From the NCBI GenBank assembly GCA_963734545.1, contig CAVTHO010000003.1, forward strand, positions 32,001-96,000: a stretch of DNA of 64,000 nt, in the 5' to 3' direction. The stretch comes from an uncultured Spirochaetota bacterium (GTDB taxonomy: Bacteria > Spirochaetota > Spirochaetia > SZUA-6 > Fen-1364). Below, piece after piece: positions 21,171 to 33,235 of the stretch (positions are counted from its first letter, which is position 1; each line of letters begins with the position of its first letter). The notes beneath the pieces were generated by a model. That model was not told the DNA's origin, did not search any database, and worked only from the letters and a program-made list of their open reading frames with translations. The translations under genes and the position numbers were made by a program.

Positions 21171-22301
21171 TCAGACCACCTTGCGCGGCAGGAGCGGGCT
21201 GATTCTGCTCACGATTTCGTAGTTGATGGTGCCTGACCATTCCGCCATCGTCTCGGCACTGATCTGCTCTTCTCCCGATCTGCCGAGGAGCACCACCTCG
21301 TCCTCGAGGCGCGCACCGGGAACGTCCGTCAGGTCCACCATGCACAGGTTCATGCAGATCCGGCCGATGACGGGCGCGCGGCGCCCCCGCACCAGGACGT
21401 GCGCCCTGTTGCCCAGCGCGCGATCGTACCCGTCGGAGTACCCGATCGGCAGGACGCCGAGGACGGTGGGGCGCATCGTGCGGTAGGAGCAGCCATATCC
21501 GACATAGCTCCCTTCAGGTATCGTCTTCACCTGCACGATTCGCGTCTTCCAGGAAAGGACGGGCCGGAAGTCCGGCACCGCCCCGCCCTTCTCCCGGGCG
21601 GACACCATCGTCTCCCGGGAGGGCCACAGGCCGTAGAGCCCGATTCCCGAGCGCAGCATGGTGAAGTGGGTCGATGTGAACAGGACCGCGGCGGCCGTGC
21701 ACGCCGTGTGGACGAACGGGGGGCGCCCGATGAGCCGATCCACTGCCGCCATGGCGGCGTTGAATCGCTCGATCTGCATTTCCGCGTACTCGTGGTTCAG
21801 CGTGTCCTCGATGTTGGCATAGTGGGTGGAGACCCCTTCCAGGGTGACGCCGCGCGCGTTCTTGACCAGGCTGAGAAAAGCCTCCAGGTCCTCCGGCAGC
21901 ACGCCCTGGCGCGCCGTGCCGGTGTCCACCTTCACGTGCACCCGCGCGGCCCTGGCCGCGCTCTTGCGCGAGGAGAGCTTTTCGATCGTCTCCCGGTTGT
22001 AGACGGTCAGGCTGAGATCAGCCTCGACCGCTGCCTCGAGGTCCGCGAGTGGAACGTGCCCCAGAAGGATGATCGGCCGGGTGATGCCGCTGGAGCGCAG
22101 CTGCAGCCCTTCCTCCAGGGAGTTGACCCCGAACCACTCCGCGGAAGGCAGGAGGGGGGCGATCTGGGCAACGCCGTGACCGTAGGCGTTCGACTTGACG
22201 ACCGCGCAGGCAAGAACTCCGGGGCGGCTTCCGGCACGAAGCTGCCGAAGATTGTGCTCAGGCGCCTTCCCGTCCAGTTCCACCCAGACGAGGCTGCTCA
22301 T
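21171..22301 (-). CDS. alr: alanine racemase
   Basis: AVVKSNAYGHG (PLP lysine), KVDTG, GYGC, GYSDG, GRICM, GTINYE. Confidence 0.95.
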   Translation of the reverse strand: MSSLVWVELDGKAPEHNLRQLRAGSRPGVLACAVVKSNAYGHGVAQIAPLLPSAEWFGVNSLEEGLQLRSSGITRPIILLGHVPLADLEAAVEADLSLTVYNRETIEKLSSRKSAARAARVHVKVDTGTARQGVLPEDLEAFLSLVKNARGVTLEGVSTHYANIEDTLNHEYAEMQIERFNAAMAAVDRLIGRPPFVHTACTAAAVLFTSTHFTMLRSGIGLYGLWPSRETMVSAREKGGAVPDFRPVLSWKTRIVQVKTIPEGSYVGYGCSYRTMRPTVLGVLPIGYSDGYDRALGNRAHVLVRGRRAPVIGRICMNLCMVDLTDVPGARLEDEVVLLGRSGEEQISAETMAEWSGTINYEIVSRISPLLPRKVV

Positions 22302-22391
22302 TGCTGCTCCTTTGCGTGGCAGGATAGTATGGGGCGGCCGCGCGAGTCAAAGGCAGGAGCGCAACCGGACTCACGACCGAGGGAGCGCATC

Positions 22392-23232
22392 ATGGACGCC
22401 AGATCATTCTACGACAGTCTGGGAAGCGACTATGACCGCATGGTTTCCTGGCAGACACGGCTTGCGAGGGAGGAGGCCTTCTTTCAGCGTCTCTTCGAGG
22501 AGAACGGGGTCCGGCGCGTCCTGGATGCCGCCTGCGGCACGGGTATGCATGCCATCGAGTTCGCGCGGCAGGGACTGCGCAGCGCCGGCGCGGACCTGAG
22601 TCCCGCCCTGATCGCCCAGGCCCGGGAGAACGCGGCCGCGGCCGGGGTCGAGGTGGACCTGCAGGCAGCGGCATTCGGCGAGCTGGCGAGCCGGTTCACG
22701 GGTCCGTTCGACGCGGTCACGTGCCTGGGCAATTCTCTTCCGCACCTCGTCGACGATTCCAGTCTTGCGTCGGCCCTGTCGGACTTCGCATCCCTTCTAC
22801 GCCCGGGCGGTGTGCTCGTCATCCAGAACAGGAACTACGACCGGCTCCTTCGGGATCGACAGCGGTTCATGCCCCCTGCCGCGCGGGAGGACAGCGAAGG
22901 GGAGACCCTGTTTCTCCGAATCACGGACTTTCCGCCTCCGGCGGAAAGCGCAAGCGAATCCATCGAGTTCACGATCGTCACTCTGAAGAAGCGGGGCGGC
23001 GCCTGGAATCAGACGGTGCGCACAACACCCCTGCGGGCAATCCGCCGCGTGACCCTCGAACGGGCGCTGGGCGCTGCCGGTTTTTCCTCCGTCGAGGTGT
23101 ACGGCAGCTTTGCCCTCACAGCGTTCGACGCCGCTGATGCCGGGGACCTGGTCGTCGATCGCCAGAAAGCAGCCCGTCCCGGTTCCGCGCGCCTCTACAC
23201 CCACTTCTCGGAGAGCACCGCCCCGTCGCTGA
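22392..23232 (+). CDS. class I SAM-dependent methyltransferase (3' end uncertain, likely frameshift near 23157)
   Basis: VLDAACGTG, FDAVTCLGNSLPH, LRPGGVLVI. Confidence 0.85.
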
Positions 23233-24030
23233 TCGAGACGATCGCCGCCTTGAGAGGTATCTTCCGACCCGCTTTCTCGACCGCCTGCTGGGCCATGGCG
23301 AGCAGACCGCGGCAGCAGGGCACCTCCATCATGACGACGGTGAGAGTGTTGATCTGCGCGTGGTCGATGAGCGCGGTGAGCTTCTCGCGGTAGATCTCCT
23401 TTCCCTCGTCGAGCTTCGGGCAGGCTATCGCCAGGGACTTGCCCTTCAGGAGGGACGCATGGAAGCCTCCCATGGCGTACGCGACGCAGTCCGCGCTCAG
23501 CAGCACGTCTTTCCCCTTGAACTGCGGAGCCATCGGCGAGAGGAGGTGCAGCTGGATGGGCCAGTTCTCCAGCGCGGAGGACCCCGCGGCGGGCTCGGCC
23601 TCTGTGCGCGCGCTCCGCCGGGGAAGGACACGCTCTGTCTTCCGGGGCAGCCGGCGGGCGCCTCATGAACGGCTTCTTCGGGAACAGGGATGTTGTGCTC
23701 TTTCATATAGTCACGCGCCTCCTTCAGCAGCTCTTTCTCCCCATGACCTTCGAGGTGCGCCAGGTGCGCCCGGATCGTGTTGGCGCCCTGCCGCGCGATG
23801 TTGGCCATCACCTTCCGCTCGTCGTAAGGCTCGGCTTCCCTTTCCACCAGCGTGATGGCCCCCTCCGGGCAGTAGCCCACGCAGGCGCCGAGGCCGTCGC
23901 AGAACAGGTCGCTTATCAGCCGCGCCTTTCCGTCGATGACCTGGAGGGCCCCTTCGGGGCAGTTGGGGATGCACAGGCCGCAGCCGTTGCACTTTTCCTC
24001 GTCGATGGTGATGATCGTGCGTGTGCTCAT
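23195..24030 (-). CDS. 4Fe-4S dicluster domain protein (frameshifted near 23600)
   Basis: CNGCGLCIPNCP and CDGLGACVGYCP; C-terminal ADC, ACPKLD, MEVPCC. Confidence 0.85.
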
Positions 24031-24063
24031 GGTGTCAGTCTACACCGGCCGCGCATTGCCGCC

Positions 24064-24077
24064 TTGACGTGGATCAA
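24064..24077. promoter_or_regulatory. FNR/CRP-family operator
   Basis: TTGAC-GTGG-ATCAA, 9/10 match to TTGAT-N4-ATCAA, between the Fe-S gene and the divergent Crp/Fnr gene. Confidence 0.75.
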
Positions 24078-24079
24078 GT

Positions 24080-24128
24080 CGCCACGGTATCCGTGGATTT
24101 GTCCCCGCCACGGTATTCCGTGGATTTG
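24080..24128 (-). repeat. two tandem REP-like hairpins
   Basis: CGCCACGGTA(T)TCCGTGGATTTG at 24080-24101 and 24106-24128; same family as the 43088 array. Confidence 0.8.
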
Positions 24129-24164
24129 CTGCTGTTCTCCCGGATAATGCCGCCGGTTGCGCAG

Positions 24165-24823
24165 ATGGACGTCCTGAGCCTGCTTGAACAGTCCGAATTC
24201 TTCCGATCCATCTCACCTGCCGGCCGGCGGGCAATCGCCGCGATCTGCATCCCCAAAACGCTGCGCAAGCGCGAGATGCTTTTCGTGGAGGGGGAGACAG
24301 GGCACTCGATGTTCCTCATGGCACAGGGCGCCGTCCAGCTCTTCAAGACCTCCCCGGAAGGCAAGGAGGTGGTCATCAAGCTGGTGCGCGCCGGGGAGAT
24401 CTTCGGGGAGGTCGTGCTCTTCGAGCAGGACCGCTTTCCCGTCAGCGCGTGCGCCCTCACCCCCGCGCAGGTCTTCCTTCTGCCGAAGAAACAGTTCGAC
24501 CTGCCTGCTGGACGAGGAGGAGTTCCGCCGGGAGTTCATCGGCGATGCTCCTGGCCAAGCAGCGCTACCTGTCGGACCAGATCTTCCGGCTCTCCGCCCT
24601 GGATGTGGAGCAGCGGTTCTTCCATTTCCTCCGCGACCAGTACGGGGAGCGGGAGGAGTACCGCGATCGACGTGACCAAGCGGGACGTCGCGGCCGCGAT
24701 CGACGCCCTGCCCGAGACGCTCTCACGGCTTCTTCTGAAGCTCAAGGACGAAGGCACCGTCCAGTGGGACGGGGAGAAGCTGCGCGTGCGGAAGGGATTC
24801 TGGAAGAGCGCCCGGAGCGTTAG
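24165..24823 (+). CDS. Crp/Fnr family transcriptional regulator (frameshifted 24500-24670)
   Basis: cNMP-like domain GEIFGEVVLF, HTH DVAAAIDALPETLSRLL. Confidence 0.85.
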
Positions 24824-24905
24824 GCCCGGAAGCCGAGGCGCGCGAGCACGGGCTGCCCGGCGGCCCGCGCGTCGGTGCCGCCCTGCGGATGCCGCAGGCG
24901 CGCGT

Positions 24906-25925
<1,020 letters not shown>

Positions 25926-26029
25926 GCCCTGGCCTCCATTGCTACGCGCATGGTACATACACGAATGAAAAAGTCAACAATTGAGAGGCGATGAGGTCAG
26001 CCGCGGCGCGTTGCGGCGGAGCGCGGGTC

Positions 26030-27243
26030 TCAGTTCTCGAGGATCGTGATCTCCACCCTGCGATTCATTCTCCGTCCCTCCTCGGTGGTGTTGTCCCCGA
26101 CGGGGATCCGCGCGCCCATGCCGCGCGCGGTGATCTGCTCGGCCCTGCGCGCGCCGATGGAGAGAAGGAAGTTCGCCGCGGCCTGGGCGCGCTGGTCGGA
26201 GAGCTTCTGGTAGTCCTCCTCCGTATAGCCGGGCGCGCGCGCGGTATGCCCCGTGATCGCGATGTCCCGGTCCTGGTACTTCTTCAGCATCTCGGCGATC
26301 CGGCGCAGCTTGTCCTGCTCGGCGGGCATGAGCGTGTCCGAGTTCGGTGGAAAGTTCACGTTCTCCAGGGTGATCGTCACCCCCTGGTCGGTGGGCTGCA
26401 CCTTGACATCGGGGATGTGCTGCGCGTCGATCTGCTTCTGGATGTCCTCTGCCACCTGCGCCCGGTCCAGCGGCTGCAGACTGGATGAGGCGTCCGTCCG
26501 CGTTGCCGCGTGAACTCGATGTCGTCGCCCGTGTTGAAGGAGAAGATGAAGTCGAAACGTCTCCTCGTAAAAGACGGGTCTCTTTCCCGCGAGGTCCCAC
26601 CAGTACTTCTGATGCGATTCCCCGACAACGCGGATGGGGTACATCCTGACCGCGCCGCCCGGGGCAGCGGCCTTGTGGAAGACCTCGTAGTCTATGGCGA
26701 TGACCGCGCACTCAATGCCGTCACGCGTTTCCCTGCCGACGTAGGTGTAGTCCGCGGTGATCGGGAACTGGAACGGCTCCCGGATGCCGAAGTTCGTGCC
26801 GAAAATCATGCGCCTCGCTCCCCTTTGCCACCCACGTGCCGCCCTGCCGCACCTCGCCCTCGGGAAAAAGCGGCACGTCCCTGACCACGGGCATGAAGTA
26901 CGAGGGGTCGATGGTGAAGGCCCCCCGGCCGTCGCGCCAGAACTGGGAGGTGTATTCCTCGCTCCATTCATACGTGTGCACGGGAGCCGTAGGACCTTTC
27001 GGAGGTCTGGAAGAGGACGTCGTGGTAGCCGGCGTCTCCGCGCGTATCCGTGACCGTCACGGCGATCTTGTTGAGGATGTCCGCGTCGTGGGAGAACCGC
27101 CCGTTGACGTAGACCGACTCATGCACCTGGGAGAGGATGCGGTATTTCTCCCCTTTTGTGTAGGCGAAGCGGAACACGTCCGCGGAGAGCGCCGCCGTCC
27201 CAAGGAGGAAACCCGCACAACAGAGGAGCAGAATCTTTCTCAA
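26030..27243 (-). CDS. OmpA-like peptidoglycan-binding domain exported protein (frameshifted)
   Basis: Signal peptide; C-terminal ITGHT..LSDQRA..NRRVEI. Confidence 0.85.
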
Positions 27244-27287
27244 TTCCTTGACACCCCCTGCTCATTCCACTATCCTCGAAAAAATTG

Positions 27288-29144
27288 ATGCACCCCGCAA
27301 GAGTACCATCAGAAGACGAGGTTCTCCAGGTTTTCCGAAAGGCGGGGTTCTCCACCCTGTCGCCGTTCCAGGAGAAACTGATCCCCTACATCCTGAAGGG
27401 GAAGGACGTGGCCGCGGAGGTTGCCCCGGGCTCGGGCAAGACCGTCGGGTTCGTTCTCCCTCTCATTCTCGGCCTGCGCGGCGCCGGACCTGCGCCTCGG
27501 GCGGTCATCCTCGCGTCGACCCCGGAGGACGGTCGGCAAGGTTGCGCGCACGTTCACCCGCATCGCCCGATTCGTGAGAGACGCACCCGCGTTCGTGCCG
27601 CTCGGCGAGATCGAGGACGCGCGCCGGGAGCAGAGACGCCTGGAAAAGGGCGCGACAATCGTGGTGGGGACCGTCGGAGAGAGTGATCGATCACATCCGC
27701 CGCGGGGAGCCTGGGATTCGACGAGCTCCAGACGATCATCGTGGAGGAGCCGGAGGGCGACGCACGGGCGGATTTCGTCAAAGACGTGCAGTTCATCTTT
27801 GCCAAGATCGCGGATCGGCGCCAGACAATACTCTTCTCCCGTTCCCCGCTGGCGGAGGACAACGAGCTGCTCCGCATGCTGCGCCACCCGGTCGTGCTGG
27901 AATCGGCGCAATCCGGCGGATCAGCGGCAGCGCCGCACGCAGGTCATCTGTACATCCCGACCGAAGGGACCGTCCGCGCCGAGCTCCTGGCCCGGGTCAT
28001 CCTGGGAAAAAGGATTCCCTCGGCCATTGTCTACCACTCCCCGCGTATGGACGGCCGCAGGCTCGCGGAGGCGCTCCTGCCGCGCGGGATCCGCGCCGGC
28101 CTCGTCGCGGCGGGCGGCGGCTCCGGCTCGACTGCCGCGCGATGGCAGGCGGACCGCAGGAAGCCGCTCGTCGCGTTTTCGCGCGGCGAGCTGGATGTCC
28201 TGCTCGTGCCGCTGTCGGCGGGCGCGCAGCCTGCCGCCGGGCTGGAGGATCTCACGCCGACCCACGTCGTGTTCTTCGACTTTCCTCCCGCGGGAAATCG
28301 AGGGTCGGGGGGCGTGCGCAAAGGGGCGGTGATCGTCGCACTGATGGACCGGGGGCAGGAGAAAGAGCTCGCCAGGCTCGAGGAGGCGATCGGCGTGAGA
28401 ATCAACAAGGGTGAGATCCCCGGCGACGAAGAGGTGCTGACCGGCGCCATCGACAGGATGCTGCGCAGGATGAAGGCGGAGGACCCGGCGGAGCTGACGG
28501 CGCTGCGCGCGCGCATACGCAAACAGGTGCCGCTTCTGCTCAGGCCGCTGTTCATGGCTTCGCTTTTGAAATCCCAGCTGCCCCCCGGTATCGGTGTTCT
28601 CCCCGGGAAGGCGGAAGCAGGCGCGGCGCTCGCGCCCCGGTCAGGGGGCGCGCCGCAGACCGGCCGCAGCCCCTCCGGCCAGGTGGATTCAGGAAGAGTC
28701 CCGCGCGCGGGAGCCGTGGCGCCGGAAACGGCCCGGGCGCCTCGTGGACGCTTCGGCAGAAGTGTCGAAAGCGTCTCCCCTGCCGGCAGCCGCACGGGCA
28801 GATCCATGGAGGCCCTTCCGGGCACCGAGAGATCGGGCAGGCAGAATGAGAGCCAAAGGCCCGGGAAGGCGGTCACGGGGGAGGGGGAGTTCACCCAGCT
28901 TTTCGTCAGCATCGGGAGGAACCGCCGCGTCTACGCGCGTGACCTCACCGAGCTGTTCACCGAAAAGCTCCAGCTTCACGCCGGCGATATCGGCGGCGTG
29001 CGCGTATTCGACAAATACTCCTTTGTGGACATCGTGCCGGGCAAAGCGGGCGAGGCCATCGCCCGGCTCTCGGGCAGCGAGGTAAAAGGACGTACCATCA
29101 CGGTCAACTACGCCAAGAAGAAGGAAGAGAAAGAGGGAAAGTGA
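27288..29144 (+). CDS. DEAD-box-like protein with DbpA RNA-binding domain, degenerate catalytic motifs (frameshifts near 27530 and 27680)
   Basis: Q motif GFSTLSPFQ, PGSGKT, C-terminal LFVSIGRNRRV..IGGVRVFDKYSFVD. Confidence 0.75.
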
Positions 29145-29672
29145 GCTCCCCGCCGGGCGGCGTGCGAGGTCGAGATCGGCTGCGGGAACGGTCACTTCCT
29201 CTCCCAGTACGCCGCCGAGAAGCCCGACACCCTGCTCATCGGCGTGGACATCAAGCAGAAACGGTGTCTCAAGGCGCGGGAGAAGGCGGCGAAGCGGGGG
29301 CAGCGCAACGTGTCGATCGTTCATGCCACCGCGGAATCCTTCCTGCGTGACCTGCCGCGCTCATCGGTGGACGCTTTCCACATCTATTTCCCCGATCCCT
29401 GGCCGAAGAGCCGGCACCGGAAGCGAAGGTTCTTCACCATGCAGACTCTGGCGATGATGCATGACAGGCTGCGGGGAGGCGGCAAGGTGTACTTCGGCAC
29501 CGACTTCTTCGACTACTACCTGCAGGCAAAGGTGCTCGTCGCGCTTCACCACGGTTTTCTCATCTCGGAGGAACCCGCGCCGCAGGCCGTACTCTCTTCA
29601 CTCTACGGGCAGTTGTTCGTCGGCGAAAAGAAGCCCATCCACATCTTCTCCGCGACCCGGCTCAACGGATGA
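29141..29672 (+). CDS. trmB: tRNA (guanine-N7)-methyltransferase (frameshift near 29165)
   Basis: EIGCGNGHF, FPDPWPKSRHRKRR, GTD. Confidence 0.85.
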
Positions 29673-30902
29673 GCAGGGAGAGGAGCAGGAAGACGATGGG
29701 GACGTTCACCATGACGTTCAGCGTGATCATGAGGGCCGACAGGACCTCGTACCACCGGGCCGTCCGTTCGCTTGCCCGGGAGATCGACTCGGGATCCCCC
29801 GGCACCAGGACCTGCTCCGCCATCGGGTCTTCCGGTTTCAGCAGCTCGATTCCGTCGCCATTTCGCGGTAAGCGGCAAACGCGACGCACTCCTGGAGGGA
29901 GCCCTCGCCCTGCTTCCGCCTCCGCGAAGGCAGATCTACTTCGAGCCTGCGGATATCGGGCGGCAGAGTGATGCGCACACCCTCCGAGAAGATCACCTCG
30001 GCGCGCATGCCCTCCATCAATCCCCTGACCATCAGGTACGGCTCCATGTCAGGCAGGAGGGTGGCCCTTCTGCCGCGCTGTCCGTCCGCCGAAGGCGGGA
30101 AATATCTCAGGGGAAGGCGGATCACGTCTCTCTGTGCCCGCATGAGCCGCGCCTTCTTCCAGTACGACCGATACGCGAAATACAAGGGGAAGCCGGGAGG
30201 AAGGAAGGGAGAAACCGGCGCCAGGCCGGCCGTGAGCGCGATGAGGGCGACGACTCTGAGCGCGGGCACGGCGAGAAGCGAGAATGCGAGCAGGACCAGC
30301 AGGAGCGCGCCAATGGCGACCGAGGGCAGCGTGAAGGAGTTCATGAACTCGTTGCGCTGCCGGCCGCTGCCGATGGCCCGAAGGACGATGCTCTCCCGCG
30401 GGCAGTCGTGGATGACCACGAGGAGCCGGTCGCGGCCCTGATCCCGGAACACCCCCCGGCCTTCCTCCGTAAAGAGCGAGCCTGCCACGAAAATGGGCGT
30501 GCCTTCCGGGAGAGAGAATATCCGGCTCCACGGCACGCTGCGCAGCTCGGCGTTTTCCGCGCCGGGGCCGGCGGGCGCCTCTTCGGCGCCTGCCCCGGCC
30601 TCGGGAATCAGGTACACGCGCACCCCGCGCAGGTCGGCGGCGACGGAGAATCGCCCATTGGAAATCCAGATCCTGTCGTCTCCCTGGATCGCTTCCAGGC
30701 TGCCGAAGAAACGGAAGAACCCGACCGTGGCGGAGCGTTCCCTCCCGGTGGCCAGGGGGCTCGCCGTGGGATACCGTGACGCCGCGGTGACCCTGTTTCG
30801 GAACATCCGCCACTGACTGCGGACAAGGAACGCGCCGATGGCGGGGAAGGCGGCGTAGAACAGAATGGCAATTCCTGCGATGAGGATGAGGTACCCGGTC
30901 AT
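29662..30902 (-). CDS. hypothetical membrane protein (frameshift near 29860)
   Basis: N-terminal, central and C-terminal TM segments; no recognised motif. Confidence 0.65.
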
Positions 30903-30949
30903 ATCCTGTATTGATAAACCACGCGCAATCCTTTACGCTGGAATATACC

Positions 30950-32002
30950 ATGGTAGAAAGAGTTATCGTAGGGGCCTGGAAGACGAATTGCTATATCTAC
31001 TCCAGCACCAAGAAGGAATGCATCATAATCGATCCGGGAGGAGACGAAACGGAGATCGCGGCCCGGGTCGACGTCCTCAACATGGTTCCTGTCGGCATCG
31101 CTTTGACCCATGGGCACGTTGATCACGTCGGAGCGCTCGGGAGACTGCGGGAAGGGTATGCCGTCCGCGGCTACAAGCTTCCCATTGCCATCAATCCGGC
31201 TGACCGGAAGTTTCTCGGCACGGGCGGCATGGAGACCCACCGGGAGAGCCTCGAGTTCCTCGGGCTGGACGAGGAGAGTTTTTTCGGCGTCGACCCCTCC
31301 GAGCTGCCCAAGGCGGACGTCCGCCTGCGGGACGGCGACCATCTTTTCAACATGGATATCACCGTTCTGGAGACACCGGGGCACACCCCCGGCAGCGTAT
31401 GCTTCTACGCGGAGAAAGAGGGGATCCTCTTTTCCGGTGATACGCTTTTTTTCGATGGTGTGGGCCGCACGGATCTCCCGGGAGGAAGCGAGAAGAAGCT
31501 CAAGGAGAGCATCCAGAGGAAGATCGCCGTTCTTCCTCCTGAGACCCGGGTATTCCCCGGCCATGGACCGTTCACGACCGTGGAACGGGAAAAAAGGGGA
31601 AACGTGTTTTTCAGGGAAACCGTGCAGGAGCAGCGGCCGGAGCCCGCCGCCCGGGCAATCAGCAGTCTCGTCTCGCTGCAGGTGAAGAGCCCCGCCGCGC
31701 CGGCAAAGGCTGCCAAGCGCGCCGCCGCGGCGAAGCCGAAGCACCCGAAGCCGAAGCACCCGAAGCCGAAGAACGCGAAGCCGAAGAACGCCAAGCCGGG
31801 GCGAACAACCGCCAAGACAGCCCGGGCAGCCAGGAAGAGCGTATCCAAGAGTGCAAAGGGGATCGCAAAGCGTCGGGGGCTGAAAGCGAAAACGGGGGCT
31901 GCCAGAAAGAGCGCTCCCCGGACCACGCACGCCGGCAAGAAGCGTGTTCAGGCCAGAAGATCGACAAAGGCTCCCGGCTCCGGCAAGAAGCGGGCCCGGT
32001 AG
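30950..32002 (+). CDS. metallo-beta-lactamase fold hydrolase with Lys/Ala/Pro-rich C-terminal tail
   Basis: IIDPG, THGHVDH, TPGHTPG, SGDTLF, GRTD, PGHG. Confidence 0.9.
   Translation: MVERVIVGAWKTNCYIYSSTKKECIIIDPGGDETEIAARVDVLNMVPVGIALTHGHVDHVGALGRLREGYAVRGYKLPIAINPADRKFLGTGGMETHRESLEFLGLDEESFFGVDPSELPKADVRLRDGDHLFNMDITVLETPGHTPGSVCFYAEKEGILFSGDTLFFDGVGRTDLPGGSEKKLKESIQRKIAVLPPETRVFPGHGPFTTVEREKRGNVFFRETVQEQRPEPAARAISSLVSLQVKSPAAPAKAAKRAAAAKPKHPKPKHPKPKNAKPKNAKPGRTTAKTARAARKSVSKSAKGIAKRRGLKAKTGAARKSAPRTTHAGKKRVQARRSTKAPGSGKKRAR
31731..31798 (+). repeat. in-frame 15 bp tandem repeat (~4.5 copies)
   Basis: CGAAGCCGAAGCACC x2, CGAAGCCGAAGAACG x2, partial; encodes KPKHP/KPKNA. Confidence 0.9.
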
Positions 32003-32355
32003 GAGCTCGCCTGCGCGCTGCCCTGGCGAAGCTCGCTCGCCATCCGCATGATGAGGGTGTCGATTCCGGCACCGCCTCCGCCCGGCTGGGTGACCTTCCT
32101 TTCCTGGACCGGCGCTGCGCCGCCGCTCTCCCGGGAAAGTGAATCTATCAGGGTATCGAGAATTTTCAGCTTATAGAGCGGAACTCCGTCATCCAACCGT
32201 GAATCCGGTCGAACCTGGATATGCCGGAAGTTGGCGTGAATGACCTCGGCGGGCCGGACCGGCATGACCACATCGCGGCCATCGGACTGCGCATAACGCA
32301 GAGCCGTGATTGCCGCGACCCCTACATGTCCCCCCGACGTGACGCCCTGGATCAT
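31948..32355 (-). CDS. hypothetical protein
   Basis: RBS-like AGGAG/AAGGA upstream; ends EPGAFVDLLA; overlaps 3' end of the MBL gene. Confidence 0.6.
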   Translation of the reverse strand: MIQGVTSGGHVGVAAITALRYAQSDGRDVVMPVRPAEVIHANFRHIQVRPDSRLDDGVPLYKLKILDTLIDSLSRESGGAAPVQERKVTQPGGGGAGIDTLIMRMASELRQGSAQASSYRARFLPEPGAFVDLLA

Positions 32356-32447
32356 GTCCTTCGCTCCTGCTCTGAGTATCGGAAGGACGCGAAGGCTGTA
32401 TTACGTTTCAGTGGAGTGCAGGACGCCGTAGCGGCGCCGGGGCGGTC

Positions 32448-32804
32448 TCAGCGGTTGCGCCGTTCCTCTGATGACTTGCATTCGATGCACAGGAGCGCAT
32501 ACGGAATGGCTTCGAGCCTTTCCCGCGGGATTTTCTTGGAGCAACGGGCGCAAAGACCGTACTTCTCGTTTTCGATTCGTGCGAGCGCGGATTCGATGAG
32601 CTGCAGCCTGCGAAGCTCCTGAGATCCAAGGGCTTCCAGGGTCTTGCGGTCTATGTCATCCGCCGCTATGTCCGCAAGGTCCTTTGGATCCATGTCTTCA
32701 ATGATGGTGCGAAAATCCTCGCTCTCCGAGGCGAGGTTTTTCAGGATCTCCTGCTTCAGCTCGAACAGGGAGGTTTTCATCTTTTTGAGAAAAGTCGCTT
32801 CCAT
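32448..32804 (-). CDS. dksA: DksA/TraR family transcription factor
   Basis: DLADIA (DxxDxA) coiled-coil tip, CARC..RLEAIP..CIEC zinc finger. Confidence 0.85.
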   Translation of the reverse strand: MEATFLKKMKTSLFELKQEILKNLASESEDFRTIIEDMDPKDLADIAADDIDRKTLEALGSQELRRLQLIESALARIENEKYGLCARCSKKIPRERLEAIPYALLCIECKSSEERRNR

Positions 32805-32955
32805 TACAAGTACCCTTTAGGGAAAGCAATCTACGCATAAACCTAGCCGGTTGTCAATCCCAATTGATATTCTTTCAATTTCGGCAAAACGTGGAAGAAT
32901 TCGACCTTTCGGCAGCTGGACAGGTCACTCCCGCACGTCCCCAAAGGGTTGAGCA

Positions 32956-32984
32956 TTGACAGCCGGCGGCAAAGCCGGTACTCT
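32956..32984 (+). promoter_or_regulatory. sigma70 promoter of infA
   Basis: TTGACA-17bp-TACTCT. Confidence 0.65.
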
Positions 32985-33006
32985 GCTATGTCCAAAGGAG
33001 GGTTTT

Positions 33007-33225
33007 TTGGCAAAGGAAGAGGCTATAGAAGTCGACGGGAAGGTGAAGGAATCCCTCCCCAATACAATGTTCAGGGTCGAGCTCGAAAATGGTCATCTCA
33101 TTCTGGCCCATCTTTCGGGCAAGATGCGCAAGCATTACATCCGCATCGTCCCGGGAGACCGTGTGAAAGTCGCCCTCTCGCCGTACGACCTGACGCGGGG
33201 ACGAATCATCTACCGGGAAAAATAA
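33007..33225 (+). CDS. infA: translation initiation factor IF-1
   Basis: [42 protein letters not shown]; TTG start after AAGGAGG. Confidence 0.97.
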   Translation: MAKEEAIEVDGKVKESLPNTMFRVELENGHLILAHLSGKMRKHYIRIVPGDRVKVALSPYDLTRGRIIYREK

Positions 33226-33235
33226 CTCGCCGGCT

